Below, piece by piece: positions 38,252 to 47,715 of a stretch of DNA of 51,142 nt. The notes under the pieces are model-generated. The model did no database searches and was not told the DNA's origin. It saw only the letters and a program-made list of their open reading frames with translations. Within the stretch, counting starts at the first letter, position 1; each line of letters opens with the position of its first letter. Made by a program: the position numbers and the translations under genes. Source of the stretch: Bacteroidales bacterium (GTDB taxonomy: Bacteria > Bacteroidota > Bacteroidia > Bacteroidales > UBA4181); assembly GCA_031270985.1 (NCBI GenBank), contig JAISWR010000019.1:1-51142 (forward strand), written 5' to 3'.

Positions 38252-38799
38252 GATTTTTCCTGTTTGAATGACGACGTAAAAATAACTATTTTTTCATTAC
38301 TGACCGACTAACTAAAAAAGATCGGCTGTTTTTGTTGTTAATATATTGATATTTAGACATTTAATTTTTCGGCTTTCAGCGGGAAAATTCAGTGTCTGAA
38401 TTTTTTTCCAACATTTTTTGCTTCCGTTTGCATTTCGCGGATAGCGGTGGACGGCACTTTCACCGGCTTTTCCAACAGTGTTTGCGCCATCCGGCATTTT
38501 GCTGTTTTGTCGGCACAAAAAGGACGTAGCATGATGTACAGCGGAAGCATCAGCAGAGAAAGCCATTCATGCATGCCGGCATCCACATCGAAAACGCTGT
38601 GATTACATACGGCATAACCTGCCAACAAACAAACCGGCACATCCGCTACCCGCAAACGGATGCCAGATTTGCCCGTACGATAATCGCCCACAACGGCAAC
38701 CCGATACGACATGTTTTTTCACTTCATGTCCGTTTTTACGCAAAAATAATATATCTATGACAAAAGTGCAATTTATTTTCGCAGGTGAGAAAAAAACGT

Positions 38800-38807
38800 T
38801 ATATTTG
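38800..38807 (+). promoter_or_regulatory. -7 promoter element (TATATTTG) for korA
   Basis: Consensus match 35 nt upstream of ATG 38843. Confidence 0.6.
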
Positions 38808-38842
38808 CAAAATGAGAATTAATTAAAAATCCAATCAAAACA

Positions 38843-40669
38843 ATGAGTAAAAGCGTTATTGATTGCGATCAGGCAGTCATCAAGTTTGCCGGCGATTCCG
38901 GTGACGGAATGCAGTTGACGGGGACATTATTTTCGGAAGCAGCAGTGAAATCGGGTAACGATTTGGCAACATTTCCCGATTATCCGGCGGAAATACGCGC
39001 ACCGCAAAATACGGTGGCGGGCGTTTCGGGTTTTCAGGTACACATCGGGAAAAACAAAATCCACACATCGGGCGATTATTTTGACGTGCTGGTGGCGATG
39101 AATCCCGCCTCGCTGAAAGCCAACCTGAAATGGACAAAGCGGGGTGCTACCATCATCACCAATCTGGATGCTTTCGACGAAAACGCTCTCACTAAAGCCG
39201 GTTATGATACCAATCCTTTGAATGACGGCTCTTTGGAATCCTACCATGTCATTAAAGCGCCCATCAGCAGTCTCACACGGGAAGCGCTGGCTGACGCCGA
39301 CGCCGACATCAGGACGAAAGACAAAAGCCGTAACATGTTTGCGCTGGGCATTATCCTGTATCTGTTCAACAAAACGCTGGACAGCAGTTTTGAATATCTG
39401 GACGACAAGTTCGGCAAGAAGCCGCAAGTGGCGCAGTACAACAAAACCGTGCTGGAAGCGGGGTACAGTTATGCTCTCCATGCGGAACTCACTCCTTCCA
39501 CCATCCATGTAGCTCCGGCGCAACTCGCCAAAGGCAAGTACCGCAACGTCACCGGGAATGTCGCTACCGCATGGGGATTCATGGCTGCTTCCGAACGTTC
39601 GGGACGTCCGCTGTTTCTGGGTTCGTATCCCATCACCCCTGCTACGGATATTCTGGTAGAATTGGCAAAATACAAATCACTGGGCGTAAAAACCTTTCAG
39701 GCGGAAGACGAAATTGCCGGAATTTGTTCCTCCATCGGTGCAAGTTTCGCAGGATCGTTGGCCATCACCACTACGTCCGGGCCGGGGTTTTCACTCAAAA
39801 GCGAGGCAATAGGGTTAGCGGTAATCACCGAATTGCCGTTGATCATCGTAAACGTGCAGCGTAGCGGTCCCTCTACGGGAATGCCCACCAAATCGGAACA
39901 GAGCGACTTATATCAGGCGTTGTTCGGGCGCAACGGCGAATGTCCGTGTATTGTCATTGCAGCGGCATCGCCTTCGGATTGCTTTTACACCGCCTACGAA
40001 GCGGCAAAACTCACGTTGGAACACATGACGCCCGTGATTTTGCTGAGTGACGGATACATCGGTAACGGTTCGCAACTGTTCAAAATACCGGCAGTGAAGA
40101 ACCTGCCGCCCATCCATCCGCCCATCGCACAAGCAGGCGATGCGGAATATAAACCCTATCGCCGCAATGCGGAAACGCTGGCGCGGGAATGGGCGTTGCC
40201 GGGTACACCCGGGCTATTGCACCGCATCGGAGGACTGGAAAAGGAGGACGGAAAAGGCAGCGTATCCACCGACGCACTGAACCATGAAAAAATGGTACAA
40301 TTGCGTCATGAAAAAGTACAACGGGTAGCAAACCGCATCCCCAAGCAGGAAGCGGAAGGCGATGAAAACGGCGATTTGCTGCTGGTGAGTTGGGGCGGCA
40401 CCTATGGCACCGTTCATGCTGCTGCGGAAGAATTGCGAAAACGAGGTAAAACGACGGGACATGCACATTTCAGGCACATCATGCCGTTGCCTTCCAACAC
40501 GGCGGATATATTGGGCAACTACCGCAAAATTGTCGTGTGCGAACTCAACGGCGGACAATTTGTCAATTACCTGCGCATGACGTATCCGCAATTTGCCTAC
40601 GAACAAATCAACAAAGTACAGGGGCAACCTTTCCTTGTGGAAGAAATTGTCAATCAAATACTTACGTAA
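38843..40669 (+). CDS. korA: 2-oxoacid:ferredoxin oxidoreductase alpha subunit (gamma-alpha fusion)
   Basis: FAGDSGDGMQLTG, YPAEIRAP, GSYPITPATDI, QAEDEIAG, TTSGPG, QRSGPSTGMPTKSEQSD, HRIGGLEK, ELNGGQ. Confidence 0.94.
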   Translation: MSKSVIDCDQAVIKFAGDSGDGMQLTGTLFSEAAVKSGNDLATFPDYPAEIRAPQNTVAGVSGFQVHIGKNKIHTSGDYFDVLVAMNPASLKANLKWTKRGATIITNLDAFDENALTKAGYDTNPLNDGSLESYHVIKAPISSLTREALADADADIRTKDKSRNMFALGIILYLFNKTLDSSFEYLDDKFGKKPQVAQYNKTVLEAGYSYALHAELTPSTIHVAPAQLAKGKYRNVTGNVATAWGFMAASERSGRPLFLGSYPITPATDILVELAKYKSLGVKTFQAEDEIAGICSSIGASFAGSLAITTTSGPGFSLKSEAIGLAVITELPLIIVNVQRSGPSTGMPTKSEQSDLYQALFGRNGECPCIVIAAASPSDCFYTAYEAAKLTLEHMTPVILLSDGYIGNGSQLFKIPAVKNLPPIHPPIAQAGDAEYKPYRRNAETLAREWALPGTPGLLHRIGGLEKEDGKGSVSTDALNHEKMVQLRHEKVQRVANRIPKQEAEGDENGDLLLVSWGGTYGTVHAAAEELRKRGKTTGHAHFRHIMPLPSNTADILGNYRKIVVCELNGGQFVNYLRMTYPQFAYEQINKVQGQPFLVEEIVNQILT

Positions 40670-40688
40670 TTCATAAAACCAATTAACC

Positions 40689-43100
40689 ATGAAAAAACTC
40701 ATTTTAGCTTTTCTGTTCGCCGCATCCACACATGTTGCGATCAGTGCGCAATCGGACAATTCCACTCGTTTGTGGTATGAAAAACCCGCATCACGGTTTG
40801 AAGAGGCGCTACCGCTCGGCAACGGCAGAATCGGGTTGATGGTGTATGGCGATGTATATAAAGAAACGTTTCACCTGAACGAAGAAACGCTTTGGGGCGG
40901 AGGTCCCGCGAATACTTCGGCGCCGCCCAACACGGTTGAAAATCTCGAAAAAGTACGCGAACTGCTGTTTCAGGAAAAATGGAGCGATGCGTCGCGCGTG
41001 TTGAGGAACATACAGGGCGCAAATTCTCAATCTTTCGTCCCAATGGGCGATATATTCATCGAACAGTTTTATAATTCCCAATCCACACCGCGAAACTATG
41101 TTCGGGATTTGGATTTAACGACCGCCATCGCAACCACATCGTATGTTGTGGATACGGTGAACTATCGCAGAGAAATATTTGTTTCGGCGCCGGATCAAAT
41201 CGCAGTCATCAAATTGAGCACATCAAAGAAAGGTGAATTGAATTTCAGCATCAGCGGAAACACTCCGTTTGACGGAGCAACGGTCAAATCTATCGGAAAC
41301 AATGAGTTTTACCTGAGCGGACAACTGCCTGTTGACATCAATTCTGCGGGGAATTTCCTGTTGAAATACGGGGATGAAAAAGGACAAAAAGGGATGCGTT
41401 ACCAGTACCGTATTAAAGTATTGTCGGATGGTTTCGTTTCCACCCATCCTTTCATAAGGGTAAACAGGGCTACGGAAGCGACAGTGTTGCTTTCTGCAGC
41501 CACAAGTTTCAACGGATTCGACAAACGTCCCGACACTGAGGGAAAAGATGAAAATGAAACGGTCGAAAAGCACCTTAAAAAAGCAATGGCAACACCCTAC
41601 GAACAGTTAAGGCAAAATCACATAAACGATTATCAGTCATACTATAACCGTCTGCACCTGGATATTGGCGGCAGTAGTTCCGCGAACAAACCGACCGACG
41701 AACGTTTGAAAGACTACACCAACGGCGGAGATGATGTTGATTTGGAAAGACTGTATTTCAATTTCGGACGGTATCTGATGATATCTTCGTCGCGTCCGGG
41801 CGGCATTCCCGCCAATTTGCAGGGCATCTGGAATAAAAACCAACGCCCTCCATGGGGCAGCAACTATACGGTAAACATCAATTTGCAGATGAATTATTGG
41901 GCCGCCGGGATGTTGAACCTGAACGATTTGAACGAACCGCTGATAACACAGATTCGGAACATGTCCGTCACGGGAACTCAAATCGCCAAAAATTACTACA
42001 ATCTGGATGGATGGACAACGCACCATAATTCGGATATATGGGCGCATGCCAATCCCGTCGGGCATCAAAGCGGAGATCCCAAATGGGCGAACTGGTCTCT
42101 GGGATCGCCGTGGCTTTCGCAGCATCTGTATGATTATTACCGTTTTTCGGGAGATAAAAATTTCCTTGCTGAAACGGCATATCCTTTGATGAAATCCGCA
42201 GCCGATTTTTGTCTCGAATGGCTGGTTGAGAAAGACGGGTGGCTGCTCACGGCTCCATCCACTTCGCCCGAAAACGTTTTTATCGACGACAACGGCAACA
42301 ACGGCGTGGTGACCATCGCCTCCACAATGGACATGGAAATCATCTGGGATTTGTTTACCAATTTGATAGAGGCTTCGGAAATTTTGCGGGCAGACAACGA
42401 CAAACGTCAAAAATGGACAGAAGCGCGAAAAAAATTATACCCCCTCCGCATCGGAAAAGAAGGCAATCTGATAGAATGGTACAAAGATTGGAAGGATGCC
42501 GACCCCGAACATCGCCATGTGTCGCATCTGTTTGGGCTACACCCCGGACGGCAAATTTCACCCGTATTAACGCCTGAATTTGCTCAGGCAGCAAAAAAAA
42601 CGCTTGAAGTAAGAGGCGACGGCGGAACAGGTTGGAGCAAGGCGTGGAAAGTGAATTTTCATGCGCGTTTACTAAACGGGGAACATGCTTACAAGATGTA
42701 CCGCGAACTTTTGTCCAAATCCACATTGCCCAATTTGTTCGACACCCATCCGCCTTTCCAGATTGACGGAAATTTCGGCGGCATATCGGGCGTCGGCGAA
42801 ATGTTGTTGCAGAGCCATTTGAATGAAATCCATCTGTTGCCCGCCATTCCTCAAAAATGGGAAACAGGAGAAGTGGCGGGAATATGTGCCAGAGGCGCTT
42901 TTGAAATCAACATGAAGTGGACGAAAAACAAACTAATCTCAGCCGATATAACATCCAAAGCGGGCAACGAATGTACGCTGAGAACAGATGTGCCACTCAA
43001 AATCAAAGGCGCATCGGCAAAAACAAAAAAAGAAGGAGCATATTATGTCACCTCATTCAAAACCCAAAAAGATAAAATATATCATGTCGAAGCAAAATAG
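40689..43100 (+). CDS. GH95 alpha-L-fucosidase/alpha-L-galactosidase, secreted
   Basis: EALPLGNGRIG, NEETLW, FGRYLMISSSR, ANLQGIWN, YTVNINLQMNYW, STSPEN, HRHVSHL, TGWSKAW, PPFQIDGNFG. Confidence 0.95.
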   Translation: MKKLILAFLFAASTHVAISAQSDNSTRLWYEKPASRFEEALPLGNGRIGLMVYGDVYKETFHLNEETLWGGGPANTSAPPNTVENLEKVRELLFQEKWSDASRVLRNIQGANSQSFVPMGDIFIEQFYNSQSTPRNYVRDLDLTTAIATTSYVVDTVNYRREIFVSAPDQIAVIKLSTSKKGELNFSISGNTPFDGATVKSIGNNEFYLSGQLPVDINSAGNFLLKYGDEKGQKGMRYQYRIKVLSDGFVSTHPFIRVNRATEATVLLSAATSFNGFDKRPDTEGKDENETVEKHLKKAMATPYEQLRQNHINDYQSYYNRLHLDIGGSSSANKPTDERLKDYTNGGDDVDLERLYFNFGRYLMISSSRPGGIPANLQGIWNKNQRPPWGSNYTVNINLQMNYWAAGMLNLNDLNEPLITQIRNMSVTGTQIAKNYYNLDGWTTHHNSDIWAHANPVGHQSGDPKWANWSLGSPWLSQHLYDYYRFSGDKNFLAETAYPLMKSAADFCLEWLVEKDGWLLTAPSTSPENVFIDDNGNNGVVTIASTMDMEIIWDLFTNLIEASEILRADNDKRQKWTEARKKLYPLRIGKEGNLIEWYKDWKDADPEHRHVSHLFGLHPGRQISPVLTPEFAQAAKKTLEVRGDGGTGWSKAWKVNFHARLLNGEHAYKMYRELLSKSTLPNLFDTHPPFQIDGNFGGISGVGEMLLQSHLNEIHLLPAIPQKWETGEVAGICARGAFEINMKWTKNKLISADITSKAGNECTLRTDVPLKIKGASAKTKKEGAYYVTSFKTQKDKIYHVEAK

Positions 43101-43140
43101 ATTTTTTTGATTTTATGAAACCTTTACAAATAACCATCCG

Positions 43141-44748
43141 ATGAAAAGGGAATTTTTTGTTGTTTCGTTATGCTTGCTGTGCAGCGTGTTCACAACGTTT
43201 TCACAGTCGTGGGACGACGCCTCCAAAGGCAAATGGACGGCCGAATTTAAGGAAGTGGACATCAAGTCGTCGGCAGACGGCACGACACAAAAGGCGATGC
43301 TCTACCGAAGCACAAAAGGCGCAGGACAACCGCTGATAGTGAGCCTCCACACATGGAGCGGCAACTACACGCAAACCAATCCGCTGACGATGGAAATCCT
43401 CATCCGCGATTACAACTTCATACAGCCCGATTTTCGCGGACCCAATAACCGTCCGGAAGCCTGTGGCAGCGATTTGGTCATTGCCGATATCGAAGACGCC
43501 ATTGCATACGCCATCGAAAAAACAGACGCCGACAAGTCGCAAGTGCATATTGTCGGGGCTTCCGGAGGAGGATACGCCTCATTCCTGTGTTACATGAAAC
43601 TTCAATACCCCGTCAGGAGTTTTTCCGCATGGATGCCTATTTCCGACCTCGAAGCATGGTATTGGGAATCCGTGGGACGCCGGCAGCGATACAGTGATGA
43701 CATTTTGAAAAGTACCTCTCCGGACGGTACGCCGGATTTTGTCGAGATGCGCAAACGTTCGCCATTGCATTTGCCGTATCCGGCGCATCGCAAAGGATCA
43801 TCGCTGTACATCTACACAGGTATTCATGACGGCTATACGGGATCTGTGCCTGTTACCCATTCCATTAACATGTATAACAAAATTGTCTATGAAAAATATC
43901 CCGCAGACAAACATAACTTTGTCCCGCAGGAAGACGTTGTGAAAATGCTGGCAATGCGCGTTTTCCCGGGCGCACCGCAGGCAACGGTGGGCAACCGCCA
44001 CATACATTACCACAAACGCACGGGCGATGTGGAACTCACCATATTCGAAGGCACACACGAGCAACTGACCGATCAGGCAATCGGGCTGATTCCCGTGAAC
44101 AAACCCGTGCGAACCGACCGCATCACATTGCTGACGCTCGGAGATTCCAACGCCGCTCTCAAATACGGATGGGCGCTGCAATTAGGCATGATATATCCCC
44201 ACGCCACAGTGATCAACCGTTCCATATCCGGCAAATGCGTGGGCATATCCAACCTGAACAGCGACAAACTCAACTCTTTGCTCACTATCGACACCACGTT
44301 GCAAAAAATCAACGACCGCACAGACTGCATCATCATAGGGCTGGGAACCAACGACGCCAAACGAGAGCATGCCGCGCGTGTAAAAGAATTTCCGGCAAAC
44401 ATGCGCTCCTTGATACAAAAGGTGAAAAACAGCGAGTTATACCGTCGCGACAAACCACAATTGATCATCCTTGCCTGTCCGCCGCTGGATGAAACTGTGG
44501 CGGATGCGGTGAAATACGGCGGCGCATCCAAACGGCTGGAGACATTCAACCGCGAATTGGTCGGCATTGCCAAAAGAGAAGGCGCAACGTTCATAGATAC
44601 CCATGTGCCGTTCTCCCTGTTGCCGCAGGGAACGCCCGTCACTTCAGACGGCGTACATCTGACGCCACAAACTGCAAGAATCGTCGCCGAGGAAATCGCC
44701 AAAGCAATCAGCCTGCAACCGTCCCGTTCTCCCTTCCTGTCCCAATAA
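43141..44748 (+). CDS. secreted alpha/beta-hydrolase + SGNH/GDSL esterase fusion
   Basis: N-terminal domain: SLHTWSG, GASGG (GxSxG), GIHDG, FEGTHE. C-terminal domain: LGDSN, ISG, GLGTNDA, DGVHL. Confidence 0.82.
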   Translation: MKREFFVVSLCLLCSVFTTFSQSWDDASKGKWTAEFKEVDIKSSADGTTQKAMLYRSTKGAGQPLIVSLHTWSGNYTQTNPLTMEILIRDYNFIQPDFRGPNNRPEACGSDLVIADIEDAIAYAIEKTDADKSQVHIVGASGGGYASFLCYMKLQYPVRSFSAWMPISDLEAWYWESVGRRQRYSDDILKSTSPDGTPDFVEMRKRSPLHLPYPAHRKGSSLYIYTGIHDGYTGSVPVTHSINMYNKIVYEKYPADKHNFVPQEDVVKMLAMRVFPGAPQATVGNRHIHYHKRTGDVELTIFEGTHEQLTDQAIGLIPVNKPVRTDRITLLTLGDSNAALKYGWALQLGMIYPHATVINRSISGKCVGISNLNSDKLNSLLTIDTTLQKINDRTDCIIIGLGTNDAKREHAARVKEFPANMRSLIQKVKNSELYRRDKPQLIILACPPLDETVADAVKYGGASKRLETFNRELVGIAKREGATFIDTHVPFSLLPQGTPVTSDGVHLTPQTARIVAEEIAKAISLQPSRSPFLSQ

Positions 44749-44755
44749 ACCGCGC

Positions 44756-45256
44756 ATGAAAAAAGACACGCTGCATCTGCTGGGCAAATTCTCAAAAATG
44801 CATGGCTACACGGGAATACTTGTGCTGATTTGCGAAAACGAAATGGATGACGCTTTGGAACAACTCCCCGAACTGTTTGTTTCTGTGGACGGTTTGTTGG
44901 TGCCTTTTCCCGTTGAAAAATTTACACTCGTCGGTGACAGTGCGGCGCACGTGAAACTCGAATTTGTCAATACGCGGGAAGAAGCCGCCGAACTTGTCCT
45001 TTGCGAAGCGTATGCCGATGTTGTGCCCCTCCCGACAGAAGCAGGGCTGGAACAATGGACGGGATTCACCGTTCATGACATGCTGCATGGACGTATCGGC
45101 GTCATTGCACAAATTGAAAACTTCAACGGCAACATCGTATTGCAGGTGACAGACGGAGATAAGGAAACCCTCCTTTCCTTCCATCCCGAAATAGTGACAG
45201 ACATTGACAAAACCTGCAAAATACTGTACATTAATGCTCCAGAAGGAAATTTTTAA
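44756..45256 (+). CDS. rimM: ribosome maturation factor RimM
   Basis: LGKFSKMHGYTG, DGLLVPF, VKLEFVN, GFTVHD, GRIGVI, C-terminal NAPEG; 166 aa. Confidence 0.82.
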   Translation: MKKDTLHLLGKFSKMHGYTGILVLICENEMDDALEQLPELFVSVDGLLVPFPVEKFTLVGDSAAHVKLEFVNTREEAAELVLCEAYADVVPLPTEAGLEQWTGFTVHDMLHGRIGVIAQIENFNGNIVLQVTDGDKETLLSFHPEIVTDIDKTCKILYINAPEGNF

Positions 45257-45329
45257 CCGGACGTCGCGCAACTCGTCAATCAAACATGATATTTTTTTAA
45301 TCATAAATAGTGGGGAAATAATTTTTTAT

Positions 45330-45337
45330 TACTTTTG
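45330..45337 (+). promoter_or_regulatory. -7 promoter element (TACTTTTG) for metK
   Basis: Consensus match 35 nt upstream of ATG 45373. Confidence 0.6.
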
Positions 45338-45372
45338 CCCCATCATTAGTAAAATTAATTAATTAAAAAATT

Positions 45373-46632
45373 ATGGCTTATTTGTTTACTTCCGAATTTG
45401 TATCGGAAGGGCATCCTGACAAGGTAGCCGATCAGATTTCCGACGCACTGGTGGACGAATTTTTGCGTCGTGACCCTGAGTCAAAAGTAGCGTGCGAAAC
45501 GCTGGTTACCACCGGATTGGTAGTATTGGGCGGCGAAGTCAAGACGCGCGGCTATGTGGACGTACAGCAAGTGGCGCGCGATGTTATCAGCGACATAGGG
45601 TACACCAAAGGAGAATACATGTTTGAAAGTTCGTCGTGTGGCGTTATTTCTGCTATCCATGAGCAGTCGCCAGATATTAACCAGGGTGTTGTACGTTCGA
45701 AAGAAGAAGATCAGGGCGCGGGCGACCAGGGGATGATGTTCGGTTATGCTTGTCGCGACACGGACGAATACATGCCGCTGGCATTGGTAGTAGCCCGCCG
45801 GTTGCTCACCGTGCTGACGGAAATCCGCAGAGAAGGCAAACAGATGACTTATCTCCGTCCCGATGCCAAATCACAGGTGACGGTGGAGTATGCCGACAAC
45901 GGACAACCGTTGCGCATCCACACCATTGTGGTATCCACCCAGCACGATGATTTCGACAAGGAAAAGAAAATGCTGGCATCCATTCTCAAGGATGTGCAGG
46001 AAATCTTGATTCCCCGTGTGATAGAAGAGCTCCCCGAGCGCTTGCGGTCGTTGTTCGACAAGAAATATATCCTGCACGTGAACCCGACGGGAAAATTCGT
46101 TATCGGCGGACCGCACGGCGACACCGGTTTGACGGGCAGGAAAATCATCGTAGATACCTACGGCGGCAAAGGAGCGCACGGTGGCGGCGCTTTCTCGGGC
46201 AAAGACGCATCAAAAGTTGACCGTTCGGCAGCTTATGCGGTGCGCCATATAGCCAAAAATATTGTAGCGGCCGGCGTGGCCGACGAAGTATTGGTTCAGG
46301 TGGCTTATGCCATCGGCGTAGCGCAGCCTGTTGGTTTGTATGTCAATACTTACGGCACATCACACGTAAAATTGTCGGACGGGGAAATCGCCCAAAAAAT
46401 CGACAAATTGTTCGACATGCGTCCGTACAGCATCGTAAAACGATTCGGGCTGAAAAACCCTATCTTCCGCGATACAGCCAGATACGGGCATTTCGGGAAC
46501 GAACCGTACACAAAGATCGTACCTATGGACTACGACGGGAAAACGTCGGAAAAAGTTGAATTTTTCGCATGGGAGAAAACGGATTATGTGGAACCTATTC
46601 GGGAAGAATTCAAACTGACGGCAAAAAAATAA
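45373..46632 (+). CDS. metK: S-adenosylmethionine synthetase
   Basis: [56 protein letters not shown]. Confidence 0.98.
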   Translation: MAYLFTSEFVSEGHPDKVADQISDALVDEFLRRDPESKVACETLVTTGLVVLGGEVKTRGYVDVQQVARDVISDIGYTKGEYMFESSSCGVISAIHEQSPDINQGVVRSKEEDQGAGDQGMMFGYACRDTDEYMPLALVVARRLLTVLTEIRREGKQMTYLRPDAKSQVTVEYADNGQPLRIHTIVVSTQHDDFDKEKKMLASILKDVQEILIPRVIEELPERLRSLFDKKYILHVNPTGKFVIGGPHGDTGLTGRKIIVDTYGGKGAHGGGAFSGKDASKVDRSAAYAVRHIAKNIVAAGVADEVLVQVAYAIGVAQPVGLYVNTYGTSHVKLSDGEIAQKIDKLFDMRPYSIVKRFGLKNPIFRDTARYGHFGNEPYTKIVPMDYDGKTSEKVEFFAWEKTDYVEPIREEFKLTAKK

Positions 46633-46650
46633 CCGACGCCGGTTGAACAT

Positions 46651-46692
46651 AAGACCGTATGCGGGATACGTCAAGCATGCGGTCTTTTTTTT
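46651..46692 (+). terminator. intrinsic terminator after metK
   Basis: Stem AAGACCGTATGC / GCATGCGGTCTT (one G-U pair), 12-nt loop, followed by a T run. Confidence 0.8.
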
Positions 46693-46701
46693 ACTGTTTT
46701 C

Positions 46702-47715
46702 ATGCGGAAAATATTATCCATCGTTATCGCTTTGTTGTTGGCAGGCTGCGAAGAGCAAGGCGTACAGGAACAGGCTTTCTATCAATGGAAAACGAAGTTT
46801 CGTCCAAGTCGGACGGAACAGGAGGCACTGTCGGAAACAAAGCGGCTCTTCATCCGCTATTTCGATGTGGTTGTCGAAAACGACGGCATACAACCGGCGG
46901 CGACCGTTGTATTCGGCGACAGTTTCCCTCAAGGTATGAGCATAACCCCGGTAGTGTTCATCGTAAATAAAGCGCTGGAAATCACTCCGGAGGACAACAT
47001 TGTGGCACTATCGGAAAAAATCTGCACACGCATATCGTTAATCAACCAAAAGCGGAATATCACGAATATTTCTGAAATACAGATAGATTGTGACTGGAAT
47101 ATTTCCACCCGGGAAAAATATTTCCTGTTGTTGCGGTCATTGCGCAAAATGCCGTGCATGGACGGGAAACAACTGTCGGTCACGTTGCGTCTGCATCAGT
47201 GGAAATACAGCCGCAGTACGGGTGTTCCCCCTGCGGACAGAGTCATGTTGATGTGCTACAACATGGGGCGTCTTACGGAATACGGTAGCCGCAACTCCAT
47301 TCTCGACACGGAGGAACTGAATGCTTACGTGCAGCATGTCGGCGCGTATCCGCTCCCGATGGATGTGGCATTGCCGTTGTTCCACTGGGGGGTGTGTTTT
47401 GACAACCACCGGCAATACCGGGGATTGGTGAACGGGTTGTGTGAAGAAGATATGCGGAAGCCGTATTTTGAAGAAACGGAGCCGTTCCTGTACCGTTCGG
47501 ATACCACATTCCTGCTGCGGGGATTTTATGTCCGGAGAGGAGACTACATCCGTCTGGAAGAACCTTCCCCGAACGACATCCGAAAAGCGGCAGACATGCT
47601 TGCCGAACACATTCCGTCGCCGCGTCTCGTTGTGTGGTATCATCTGGATTCGTTGCTGCTGCAAAAATTTCGGAAAGACGTCCGCCGGGACATTGCCGAA
47701 AGGTTGCGCAATTAG
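46702..47715 (+). CDS. conserved hypothetical lipoprotein (possible GH18-like TIM barrel)
   Basis: Lipobox LAGC, FYQWKT, RYFDV, EIQIDCDW, LSVTLRLHQ, PPADRVMLMCYNMG, YPLPMDVALP. Confidence 0.7.
   Translation: MRKILSIVIALLLAGCEEQGVQEQAFYQWKTKFRPSRTEQEALSETKRLFIRYFDVVVENDGIQPAATVVFGDSFPQGMSITPVVFIVNKALEITPEDNIVALSEKICTRISLINQKRNITNISEIQIDCDWNISTREKYFLLLRSLRKMPCMDGKQLSVTLRLHQWKYSRSTGVPPADRVMLMCYNMGRLTEYGSRNSILDTEELNAYVQHVGAYPLPMDVALPLFHWGVCFDNHRQYRGLVNGLCEEDMRKPYFEETEPFLYRSDTTFLLRGFYVRRGDYIRLEEPSPNDIRKAADMLAEHIPSPRLVVWYHLDSLLLQKFRKDVRRDIAERLRN

Noticed and set aside
38389-38712. 107-aa minus-strand ORF with a P-loop-like start (VVGDYRTGKS)
   Set aside because: The GxxxxGKS resemblance is not followed by any other GTPase/ATPase motif, so it is not supported as a CDS.
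45256-45372. SAM riboswitch upstream of metK
   Set aside because: The leader after the -7 box is only about 30 nt and almost pure A/T, leaving no room or structure for an aptamer.
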